DNA of 64,000 bases from an uncultured Candidatus Peribacteria bacterium. GTDB taxonomy: Bacteria; Patescibacteriota; Gracilibacteria; Peribacterales; Peribacteraceae. The notes under the pieces were generated by a model. That model was not told the origin of the DNA. It saw only the letters and a list, made by a program, of their open reading frames with translations, and ran no database searches. Shown piece after piece: positions 31,669 to 39,214 of the stretch. Positions within the stretch are counted from its first letter, which is position 1; every line of letters begins with the position of its first letter. Both the position numbers and the translations under genes were made by a program. The stretch lies in the NCBI GenBank assembly GCA_964534205.1, contig CAZHQF010000002.1, positions 64,488 through 128,487 on the forward strand, in the 5' to 3' direction.

Positions 31669-32487
31669 TTACTGACGCCGTACTGCGCGTCTGATCAGTA
31701 ACCGTTTCAGTGTGCGAAGGGGATGTGCTTCCTGCTCCGGCTCCATAACGGTATCTGCAGGTGGCTGAATGCCAATGCTTGATACATTTGCTGCCGAGCT
31801 GCTGCTCACGGTTGTCACCTCGGCGCTCTCGGTATCCAGTGCCTCCTGCAGGAGGATCTGCATCCGCAGTCTGCGAAGCGTGGGTGCATGATTCTGGATG
31901 ATTTCCAAAATGCGTTCCGCCGCCTCGTTGCTTGCATCGGGATCACCGCTTGCTTCCAGAGCCGCTGCCCCTTCGGCGACTTCCTGCATTTTCCATTCGA
32001 TCTTCTCTATGAGGATCGCCTGCACGTCGGGCGTGAGGCGGCTGCGGGCAATCAGTTCCTCGGCTTCCTGCAGCCGGCGTTCGGCTTGCGTGGTGGCCCA
32101 GTCGGTCTGCGCTTCCGGTGAGAGCGCGAGCGCGGAGAAGACCGTCTCGTTGATGTTGATCTTCACCGGATACAGAGCGTCTCCGGGAACAGCGGCTTCC
32201 GCCGCAAAGCACACCTGTCCGCCGGTCGCGACGAGCAGCAGTGATGCGTACGCGGCCTTCCACTGCGTGCTCCAGCCGAAGGCAAACCAACGCCGCTTTT
32301 CGCGAACTGGATGCTCCGCTGCGTACGCGCGTATGGCCGAGCGCATGAGTGCTTTTCTGTCTGCTGGCATCTGCGTCTTCTGCGCCGGTGCAAAGAGGGC
32401 ATCAAGGTCCATCTGCTCCTGTAGACAATCGTCCCGGTCATTTCTGACGCCGGGGTTCTGCCGTTGATCGGAATCGCGCTGTGTCAT
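31669..32487 (-). CDS. Putative anti-sigma factor: one TM helix plus an extracytoplasmic helical domain (DUF5667-like)
   Basis: Overlaps the sigma gene by ATGA. TM helix WKAAYASLLLVATGG. GDALYPVKININE motif. Confidence 0.5.
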   Translation of the reverse strand: MTQRDSDQRQNPGVRNDRDDCLQEQMDLDALFAPAQKTQMPADRKALMRSAIRAYAAEHPVREKRRWFAFGWSTQWKAAYASLLLVATGGQVCFAAEAAVPGDALYPVKININETVFSALALSPEAQTDWATTQAERRLQEAEELIARSRLTPDVQAILIEKIEWKMQEVAEGAAALEASGDPDASNEAAERILEIIQNHAPTLRRLRMQILLQEALDTESAEVTTVSSSSAANVSSIGIQPPADTVMEPEQEAHPLRTLKRLLIRRAVRRQ

Positions 32488-32972
32488 GGATGCGGGAGAA
32501 GTGTACGGACTTTTTTCATGGCACGGGTGAGAGCGGCGGAGACGGCGTTTTCACTTTGTCCCGTGATGCTGGAGATGTCTTTGGGGCCGAGCCCGTCGAT
32601 GAAACGCATGACGAGGACGTCACGATCGGTCTGCGGCAGCTGTTCCAGGAGTCGTAGCACATCTTTTTCGGTCTCAAATTCCTGCGCCACGTTCTCTTCA
32701 CTCGCCGGATCAAAGCCGCCCTCCATGAGGACATCAAGAGAAGCGCTCTTCTTTTTCTTGTAGTGGTTGATGATCAGGTTGTTGGCGATGCGGAAGAGGA
32801 ATGCGCGCATCTGCTCGATCGAGTGCCCCTTGGCGATGTAATCCCACGCACGCAGGAAGGTATCCTGAGTGAGATCTGCCGCAATCTCGGTATCCGACAC
32901 GCGGTACGCGCAATGCCGGTAGATGGCATCGGCGTGGGCATCGTAGACACTGGTAAACTCGTCGGGCGTCAT
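32484..32972 (-). CDS. ECF-type RNA polymerase sigma factor
   Basis: Region 2: DLTQDTFLRAWDY. Region 4: LPQTDRDVLVMRFIDGLGPKDISSITGQSENAVSAALTRAMKKV. Confidence 0.88.
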   Translation of the reverse strand: MTPDEFTSVYDAHADAIYRHCAYRVSDTEIAADLTQDTFLRAWDYIAKGHSIEQMRAFLFRIANNLIINHYKKKKSASLDVLMEGGFDPASEENVAQEFETEKDVLRLLEQLPQTDRDVLVMRFIDGLGPKDISSITGQSENAVSAALTRAMKKVRTLLPHP

Positions 32973-33125
32973 GGGGCTATCGATACATCGAGAATACCAG
33001 CTTTCTGCAGTGAACAGTTAAAGTATTATTATAACATAATATTAAAAAAAGTCAAGTCATCATCATCCACTCAGGCGTGTCTACGTGCGTGCAACGCTTC
33101 GTTGCTTTCTTTTCTCCCCATTTAT

Positions 33126-33575
33126 ATGAACAAGCTTCTCACCTCCGCCGTTCTCTCGGGTGCACTGCTCCTCGGTTCGGCTCCGTCGGCACTCGCCGCC
33201 ACGCACGTGACCTTCACCGGGTCTGCCGGCCGCACGAGCACGCTGGATTCGGCCTACACGCCGAACGGCTGCACCACTGCCAATAGTGCCACGACCTGCA
33301 GCGGCAGCCGTGCCACCACGTATACCAACCGCTACGGCCGCACGTACACGGTGAACGGCAGCCATAGCACCAAGACCAGCGGTTCCACCACAACGCGGAC
33401 CGGGAACCGCACTTCCTCCAACACGTACGGCGGCCACGGCACTGCCGGGTACACCGCCACCACGACGGTGAACCCCGACGGCACGATTTCCACAAGCGGC
33501 AGCGCAAACGCCAGCCACACCAACCGCTACGGACAGACGGTCACCCGCACGCCATCCTTCACGCTCACGCGCTAA
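33126..33575 (+). CDS. Secreted Thr/Ser/Gly-rich protein with an internal TNRYG repeat
   Basis: Signal peptide MNKLLTSAVLSGALLLGSAPSALA. TNRYGRTYTV and TNRYGQTVTR. Confidence 0.7.
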   Translation: MNKLLTSAVLSGALLLGSAPSALAATHVTFTGSAGRTSTLDSAYTPNGCTTANSATTCSGSRATTYTNRYGRTYTVNGSHSTKTSGSTTTRTGNRTSSNTYGGHGTAGYTATTTVNPDGTISTSGSANASHTNRYGQTVTRTPSFTLTR

Positions 33576-33597
33576 GCGCTTCCTATTCATTGCCAGG

Positions 33598-33621
33598 AAG
33601 AGGGGATCCGCCCCTCTTTTT
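33598..33621 (+). terminator. Rho-independent terminator
   Basis: aagagggg-atccg-cccctctt with a T-run. Confidence 0.75.
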
Positions 33622-33626
33622 GGTTA

Positions 33627-33655
33627 TTGACATAAAACTAAAAATATAGTATTAT
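33627..33655 (+). promoter_or_regulatory. Near-consensus sigma70 promoter
   Basis: TTGACA, 17 nt, TATTAT. Confidence 0.65.
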
Positions 33656-33688
33656 ATTTGCAATACCAAATTCCTTCCCATCTCTTCC

Positions 33689-33823
33689 ATGACGAAGATC
33701 GCCTTCTCCCGCACGCTTTCCCGCGTAGAGAGCCTGATTGGCGTCCTTCTCGCTCTGGTCATCCCGGTGGCTGCCGCCGGTGGTACGGCCTTTGTTGAGC
33801 TCTCGGCCACAGTGATCCGCTAA
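33689..33823 (+). CDS. Small hydrophobic protein (44 aa) in its own promoter-terminator unit
   Basis: MTKIAFSRTLSRVESLIGVLLALVIPVAAAGGTAFVELSATVIR. Preceded by ccttcccatctcttccATG. Below the ORF-track cutoff. Confidence 0.4.
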   Translation: MTKIAFSRTLSRVESLIGVLLALVIPVAAAGGTAFVELSATVIR

Positions 33824-33842
33824 GGACGTCTCCAGATCGACG

Positions 33843-33866
33843 AAGGGCACCATTGTGCCCTTTTTG
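33843..33866 (+). terminator. Rho-independent terminator
   Basis: aagggcac-catt-gtgccctt followed by TTTTT. Confidence 0.7.
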
Positions 33867-33913
33867 TCGTTGAGAGACTTTACGTCAAAGGAACACATTC
33901 CTGTCAGGTCTCC

Positions 33914-33942
33914 TTCACTTTTTCCGCCATTTCTGCTAGAAT
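33914..33942 (+). promoter_or_regulatory. Sigma70-type promoter
   Basis: TTCACT, 17 nt, TAGAAT. The -10 ends 10 nt before the ATG at 33953. Confidence 0.55.
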
Positions 33943-33952
33943 TCTTGGATAC

Positions 33953-35503
33953 ATGACACAAAACCGTATCCGTCTCGGGCTGGTGGGAGGAGTGGTCGCA
34001 CTCGTCGTGATGGCGGGCGTGTCGTCGCGCCTCAAGGCCGATGTCACGTCGGACTGTGTGGGCAAGCCGTACGGCTACCCCGGGTGCCCCACGCGTTCCA
34101 CCGCCCGTTCGTCCGCCGCGTCGGCACCGATGAGCTGCGGGAACGCGGTTGTCGATGCCGGTGAGCAGTGCGACAAGGGCCGCTTTAACGGGTACAGCGA
34201 CTGCTCCACGGAATGCACGGTGCTCTACTGCGGTGACGGCATCATCACGCCGCAGGCCGGTGAGGAGTGCGAGCCGCAGACCGAAGAGGTATACGTGCAA
34301 GATCCCCAGACCGGCGATCTTGTGACTGAAGTACGCTTTAAGTCCACCGGAGGTCAGTGCGGCAGCTACTGCGCCCCGCCTTCCTGTGACGCCTCCGGCC
34401 AGTGCTCCGGCGGCTGCCGCTGGGCGTTTGTGTACCAGTGCTCGTCTTCGTCTTCTGTATCTTCTGCCGCTGCGGCGACCGCAGAATCATCTTCCGCTGC
34501 CGTCTCCGCGACCCCGGTTACCCAGTCTTCGTCTGAATCCGCTACCGTTTCTTCCACTGCGGTCACCGCCTCTTCCGCCGGTGTGGGCCCCACGCTCTTC
34601 ACCTCCGTGCCGGTGTGCGGCAACGGCACCGTGGAAGCCGGTGAGGAATGTGATGACAGCAACCGCATCGATACCGATAACTGCACCAACCTGTGCCGCT
34701 CTCCGCGCTGCGGCGATGGTCTGCTGCAGGCGTACGAGGAGTGCGATGACGGCAACCGCATCGCCAACGACAACTGCACGCTCACCTGCAGACTTGCTTC
34801 CTGCGGTGACGGGGTTGTGCAGATTGCCGAGGACTGTGATGACGGAAACCGTGTGCAGAATGACGCGTGCACCAACGAGTGCCGCATCCCGCGTTGCGGC
34901 GATGCCATCATCCAGCGCGGTGAAGACTGCGATGACGGCAATGATGATGATGCCGACGCCTGCACCGCGCTCTGCCGCCGCGCGCGCTGCGGTGACGGCA
35001 TCCAGCAGAGCGGCGAACTCTGTGATGATGGCAACCGCGTTCAGAACGATTCCTGCAGCAACGACTGCCGCCTGCCGCGCTGCGGCGACGGTACCGTGCA
35101 AGCCGGTGAGCAGTGCGACAGCGGTGCCGATAACTCCGATACCGTCTCGGACCGTTGCCGCCTCACATGCCGCTTCCCCGCCTGCGGGGACAACATCATC
35201 GACAGCGGCGAAGAGTGCGACGGCGGCCCCAACTGCAACCAGTGCCGCACCGGTCTTGGCGGTGCAATCGATTCCTCGTCCTCCGCTCCCACGCATTCCG
35301 CAGCCCCGGTCGTCAGCGCCCGTACCGCCGGCATGAGTGCCGCACGCACGATGCTTGCGGGTACGCTCGGTGCCGCGGGTTCGCTCTCCATCTTAGGCGC
35401 GTGGATGCTGCGTCGCCGCCTTGCGAAGGTGCTGCGCTCGAGCCCCAAGTCGATCGACGATATCCCGCTCGATCAGATCGAGATGCCGTGGCATAAGTGG
35501 TAA
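33953..35503 (+). CDS. Surface protein with an N-terminal TM/signal, a Ser/Ala-rich linker, a tandem array of Cys-rich CGDG..E.CDDGN modules, and a C-terminal TM helix plus a ~30-aa basic tail
   Basis: Modules: CGNGTVEAGEECDDSNRIDTDNCTNLC, CGDGLLQAYEECDDGNRIANDNCTLTC, CGDGVVQIAEDCDDGNRVQNDACTNEC and more. C-terminal helix MLAGTLGAAGSLSILGAWMLRRR. Confidence 0.85.
   Translation: MTQNRIRLGLVGGVVALVVMAGVSSRLKADVTSDCVGKPYGYPGCPTRSTARSSAASAPMSCGNAVVDAGEQCDKGRFNGYSDCSTECTVLYCGDGIITPQAGEECEPQTEEVYVQDPQTGDLVTEVRFKSTGGQCGSYCAPPSCDASGQCSGGCRWAFVYQCSSSSSVSSAAAATAESSSAAVSATPVTQSSSESATVSSTAVTASSAGVGPTLFTSVPVCGNGTVEAGEECDDSNRIDTDNCTNLCRSPRCGDGLLQAYEECDDGNRIANDNCTLTCRLASCGDGVVQIAEDCDDGNRVQNDACTNECRIPRCGDAIIQRGEDCDDGNDDDADACTALCRRARCGDGIQQSGELCDDGNRVQNDSCSNDCRLPRCGDGTVQAGEQCDSGADNSDTVSDRCRLTCRFPACGDNIIDSGEECDGGPNCNQCRTGLGGAIDSSSSAPTHSAAPVVSARTAGMSAARTMLAGTLGAAGSLSILGAWMLRRRLAKVLRSSPKSIDDIPLDQIEMPWHKW
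34616..35245 (+). repeat. Six to seven tandem ~105-bp (about 35-aa) coding repeats (Cys-rich module array)
   Basis: Periodic C-G-[DN]-G-x5-E-x-C-D-D-G-N-x5-C-[TS]-x2-C in the translation. Confidence 0.8.
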
Positions 35504-35569
35504 TTCGCGCGGAAGGGCCACCTCCGGTGTCCCTCCCACGGACCCTCCCTTCCGGCAAGGTCGCGCTCC

Positions 35570-35590
35570 AAACCGGCAGAGCCGGTTTTC
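35570..35590 (+). terminator. Hairpin with a short T-run downstream of the Cys-rich gene
   Basis: aaaccggc-aga-gccggttt, then t. Confidence 0.55.
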
Positions 35591-35814
35591 GCGCACTTAT
35601 TCAATTACTTCGCACAATCAGAACACTGGTTTAGCTTTTGCATGGTATGGACTATGCGAAGCGGGCGGTCCGCCGCCACGGGGGGTGAAGGGGAAGGTGC
35701 CGCGTCCGCCGCAGCGGACGTTTTTCGACGAGACGACGCCGAATCCCTGTAGGCATCGTCGAGGAGAATCGGCACCGGGAGGAGCGTGGACTGGCGGCGG
35801 TGCGCTTTCTTTTG

Positions 35815-35849
35815 CCTCTTTTCTTTGTCGGGCAGACAAAGAAAAGAGG
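35815..35849. repeat. Perfect 15-bp stem hairpin in an orphan non-coding region
   Basis: cctcttttctttgtc gggca gacaaagaaaagagg. Confidence 0.85.
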
Positions 35850-35912
35850 AAAGAGCAGAATCATCATTTTTTAAAGAAAGACGGACCGGGATCCGTCTTC
35901 TTTGATCGATGA

Positions 35913-36089
35913 TCAGTGTCGTGTCTGGTTCAGGAAGTCGTGGTGTGCCTCTGCAATGGTTCGTACTGTCCTCACTTTCGCCGCCTGCACGACTCGTGTG
36001 ATTGCCTCGAGGAACTCAGGGATGTCTTCTGCGCGCTCGGGAATGCGCGGAGGAGTCTCGTCCAATGGAATGGCGTACTCGAGTGTCAT
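35913..36089 (-). CDS. Small hypothetical protein (58 aa) 3 nt downstream of the tsf stop
   Basis: MTLEYAIPLDETPPRIPERAEDIPEFLEAITRVVQAAKVRTVRTIAEAHHDFLNQTRH. Followed by hairpin aagacgga-ccggga-tccgtctt. Confidence 0.35.
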   Translation of the reverse strand: MTLEYAIPLDETPPRIPERAEDIPEFLEAITRVVQAAKVRTVRTIAEAHHDFLNQTRH

Positions 36090-36092
36090 GGC

Positions 36093-36866
36093 TCAGATAC
36101 CTGCGCGGAGGTAACCGGTGATCTTGGCACCACCCAGGTACTGCTCCACGGTCTGGTTCTGGTCCTTCACGAACGGCTGTTTCAGGAGCGCGTTTTCCTC
36201 GCGGAACTTCTTCTCCTTGCCGAGCATGATCTTCTCCAGGATCTCGGGGGGCTTCTTATCGTCCTTCATCTGCTCCTTCCAGATCTCCTTCTCCTTGGCG
36301 ATGAGGTCGGCGGGGATCTCGTCCGGAGTGACGTACAGCGGGTTCATGGCGGCGGCGTGCATGGCCACATCCCTGGCCTTGGCGGCATCACCGGAATCGA
36401 GACCCACGACCACCGCGATCTTGCGGTTACTGTGCACGTACGTGCCGATGACGGACGCCATCGTCTCCTGCATCTCGCCGAGTGCGATGTTCTCACCGAG
36501 CTGGTTGACCAGGTCCGGCACGCGGGCGTCAGCGTTCTTCTTTGCCGTCTCGAGACCATCCTTGATCACGGCATCGGCGAACTCCTGACCGATCTTGATA
36601 AAGCCCTCGCTGCGTGCGACGAAATCGGTCTCGCAACGGAGCGACACAACGGCAGCCTTTCCTTTGGCCTCGGCAACGAACAGCGCGCCTTCGCCCTGGT
36701 TGCGGTCGGACTTCTTCACGGCCTGAGCAATACCGCGCTTGCGGAGGATCTCGATGGCCTTCTCCTGGTCGCCACCCGCTTCCTCAAGGGCTTCCTTGCA
36801 GGCGAGAATGGAAACGCCCGTGCGGGCGCGGAGGGCCTGAACATCGGCGGCGGTGACTGGTGACAT
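36093..36866 (-). CDS. tsf: Elongation factor Ts
   Basis: ATG at 36866. MSPVTAADVQALRARTGVSILACKEALEEAGGDQEKAIEILRKRG (UBA-like N-domain). Confidence 0.93.
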   Translation of the reverse strand: MSPVTAADVQALRARTGVSILACKEALEEAGGDQEKAIEILRKRGIAQAVKKSDRNQGEGALFVAEAKGKAAVVSLRCETDFVARSEGFIKIGQEFADAVIKDGLETAKKNADARVPDLVNQLGENIALGEMQETMASVIGTYVHSNRKIAVVVGLDSGDAAKARDVAMHAAAMNPLYVTPDEIPADLIAKEKEIWKEQMKDDKKPPEILEKIMLGKEKKFREENALLKQPFVKDQNQTVEQYLGGAKITGYLRAGI

Positions 36867-36877
36867 GGGGGTGGGGG

Positions 36878-36908
36878 AAAATTGCAAATTCCTAATTTCT
36901 AATTCCTC
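36878..36908. repeat. CTAATT-word stutter spacer (copy b) between rpsB and tsf
   Basis: aaattgcaaattcctaatttctaattcctca. Confidence 0.75.
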
Positions 36909-36909
36909 A

Positions 36910-37635
36910 TTATGCGGCGACGGCATCTTTGTCCTTGATCGTTTCGCGCGGGGCCTTCTTGGGTGCACCGGCGAGTTCCTGCTCGATCGTGGAGAGGATG
37001 ATGTTGATGGAGTTCACGGCGTCGTCGTTGGCCGGGATGAAGGACGTGAACAGATCTGGATCGGCGTTACTATCACAGATGCCGAAGAGCGGGATCTTGA
37101 GCTTGCTTGCCTCGAGAACCGCCACGCGGTCGCGGATGGCATCGACGATGAACACCGCATCAGGGAGGCCCGTCATCTTGGCGATACCGCCGAGAGCGTT
37201 ATCGAGCTTGGCGAGCTGCTTGCGCAGGCTCGTCTGTTCCTTCTTGGTGTACTTCTCGATCTCACCGGTCTGGAACGACCTCTGGAGATCCAGGTAGTAC
37301 TTGAGGCGGCGCTTGATGGTGGGCCAGTTGGTGAGGAGGCCCGGGATCCACTTCTTGGTCACCATCGGCTGGCTCACGGCATCGGCCGTCTTCTCGATCA
37401 GCGGGATGCTCTGCTGCTTGGTGGACACAAAGAGAATGGTCTTGCCCTCGGCCTGGAGCTTTTTCAGGTGCTCACAGGTCTTCTCCAGGTGCTCGCGGGT
37501 TTTGGCGAGATCGAAGACGTGAATGCCCTTGCGGGTGCCGAAGAGGAATTGCTTCATCTTGGGGTTCCACTTTTCGCGGCGGTGGCCGATGTGGCACGCG
37601 TGCTCGAGGAGCTGCTTTTCAGAAGGAATGGACAT
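36910..37635 (-). CDS. rpsB: 30S ribosomal protein S2
   Basis: LLEHACHIGHRREKWNPKMKQFLFGTRKGIHVFDL...ILFVSTK. Confidence 0.96.
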   Translation of the reverse strand: MSIPSEKQLLEHACHIGHRREKWNPKMKQFLFGTRKGIHVFDLAKTREHLEKTCEHLKKLQAEGKTILFVSTKQQSIPLIEKTADAVSQPMVTKKWIPGLLTNWPTIKRRLKYYLDLQRSFQTGEIEKYTKKEQTSLRKQLAKLDNALGGIAKMTGLPDAVFIVDAIRDRVAVLEASKLKIPLFGICDSNADPDLFTSFIPANDDAVNSINIILSTIEQELAGAPKKAPRETIKDKDAVAA

Positions 37636-37878
37636 GACGGAGGGGTAAAAGGGTGAAAAGGTTCAAAAGGGCTAAAACGTGACGATGATGGGGATCCTTA
37701 GGGGTTTCGATGCGGTCGCGCGGCGAGGCATCTACCTGACATCTTTTCACTCTGGTGCGGAGGAAAGCGGAGGGACACCCTTCGACGTGCTCAGGGTGAC
37801 GCTACGCGTCAGGACCGCAGTGATCAGTCAGGACCGGAACTATAGGGATAAACGCGCTTTTAGGCAAAAAGACTGGTT

Positions 37879-37906
37879 TTGCACTATTTAAGTAATATTG
37901 TATAAT
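37879..37906 (+). promoter_or_regulatory. Near-consensus sigma70 promoter
   Basis: TTGCAC, 16 nt, TATAAT. Confidence 0.6.
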
Positions 37907-37990
37907 AATAAAAGTTCCTGGAGTTCCTTTACACCAGCGGAAACGGACTTCCGCGCTACTTTTCATCCCGAAAGGGAGAAAGGCTTGATC

Positions 37991-38653
37991 ATGCTTCGAT
38001 GGTCTCTTGCTGTCACGGTCGTGTTCTGCACGGCTGTGGTGGCGGCGCTCGCGGGGGAACAATCGACAACGTGGAAGGCCGGGGAGCCGGCGTTCACCAA
38101 GTCGAAAGACAAAAAGTTCCACAGCTCCGCGACGATCGACAACGAGAAAGTTACCGCGACTCTCAACAATCGCGGCATCATTCTCAGCACCGCCGACTAT
38201 CCGGACGGTGCGGAACTGTCTCTGACCTGGGAATGGAAAGAGGGGAAAGATGAGGGGGCGTATCAGGACGTCCTCTCGGTTGTCGTGATGACCGATGGTG
38301 CACAGCGCCCTTGGTCTCACGAAATCCGCAGTGGAGTTGCAGTGCAGTTTTCTGCGCCCGACTCCTCCATCTTCGTTCGCCGCTACATCAGCGACGAGCA
38401 CTCTCCTAAACTTCTTGCGAAGCAGACGCACGTCTCCTTCGAACGCAACAAGAAGTATGGACTTCGGATCGCCTACGACAAGACCAACCTGCAGGTCTTC
38501 ATGGGCGATGACCGAGAGCCGTTGGTGTCGGCGGATCTTCCGCCCATTACCAACGCGAGGATCGCGCTTTACAACCGCGAACCCGTTGCAGGCCACCTGC
38601 AGCTCACTCAAATCACGAACTTGTTCGTGAACCCGAAAAAAGCCAAGAAGTAA
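37991..38653 (+). CDS. Secreted hypothetical protein
   Basis: ATG at 37991 (MLRWSLAVTVVFCTAVVAALAGE) preceded by aGGGAGaaagg. Confidence 0.6.
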   Translation: MLRWSLAVTVVFCTAVVAALAGEQSTTWKAGEPAFTKSKDKKFHSSATIDNEKVTATLNNRGIILSTADYPDGAELSLTWEWKEGKDEGAYQDVLSVVVMTDGAQRPWSHEIRSGVAVQFSAPDSSIFVRRYISDEHSPKLLAKQTHVSFERNKKYGLRIAYDKTNLQVFMGDDREPLVSADLPPITNARIALYNREPVAGHLQLTQITNLFVNPKKAKK

Positions 38654-38675
38654 GAAAATCCTCTCCAGGAACCAC

Positions 38676-38708
38676 GGGGGCCGGCATGATGCCGGTCCCC
38701 CATTTTTG
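38676..38708 (+). terminator. Rho-independent terminator
   Basis: gggggccggca-tgat-gccggtccccc, then atttttg. Confidence 0.75.
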
Positions 38709-38761
38709 TGTTATAGTACATTTAGGAATCCCTCTTCTCTCTAGACCATAAGGAGGTACCC

Positions 38762-39148
38762 ATGAGAGAAATGTTCCTTCTGTTCGCAGCTGGTCTTGCA
38801 CCCATGGCCGTCTCGGCAATCGTGGGTGGTGCCATCGTCTATGGCCTGTCCGACAGGGCGGACCGCGACGATGCGCCCGTCTGGATGCCGGGGAAGGCAG
38901 CGATCTTCACATGGATCGCCATCGCCTTTCTGATCGGGTGGGGCTTGTGCCCCTTCGATCGCCGCTACTTCGGCGGCATCGCAGTTGCTGTCACCGTGGT
39001 TCTTTGTCTCTATTACCGCTGGCTCAGCGCTCAGAGCGAAGAATCTATGGGGATATGGATCCCGTCTCTGGTTTCACTCTCTGCAGCACTCTGCGTGAGC
39101 ATGTTTACGGAAATCATCCGTGCAGGGATGAGCCGCAGTAGCATGTGA
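38762..39148 (+). CDS. Polytopic small membrane protein
   Basis: Strong SD AAGGAGGtacccATG. Four hydrophobic segments. Confidence 0.7.
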   Translation: MREMFLLFAAGLAPMAVSAIVGGAIVYGLSDRADRDDAPVWMPGKAAIFTWIAIAFLIGWGLCPFDRRYFGGIAVAVTVVLCLYYRWLSAQSEESMGIWIPSLVSLSAALCVSMFTEIIRAGMSRSSM

Positions 39149-39174
39149 ACAGTGCAGTCTCCGGATTGCACAAC

Positions 39175-39205
39175 AAAGGCCCGCCTGCCCCGGCGGGTCT
39201 TTTCT
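39175..39205. terminator. Bidirectional terminator-like hairpin between convergent genes
   Basis: aaaggcccgcc-tgccc-cggcgggtctttt. Confidence 0.6.
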
Positions 39206-39214
39206 CAAAATCTT

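Noticed and set aside
33638-34300. 220-aa minus-strand ORF across the small-ORF unit and the start of the Cys-rich gene
   Set aside because: It runs through a promoter, a terminator and the signal/TM region of a well-supported plus-strand gene. Its Arg/Gly-rich composition is that of a shadow frame.
35916-37656. Plus-strand ORFs (315 aa and 267 aa) opposite tsf and rpsB
   Set aside because: Antisense shadows of EF-Ts and S2.
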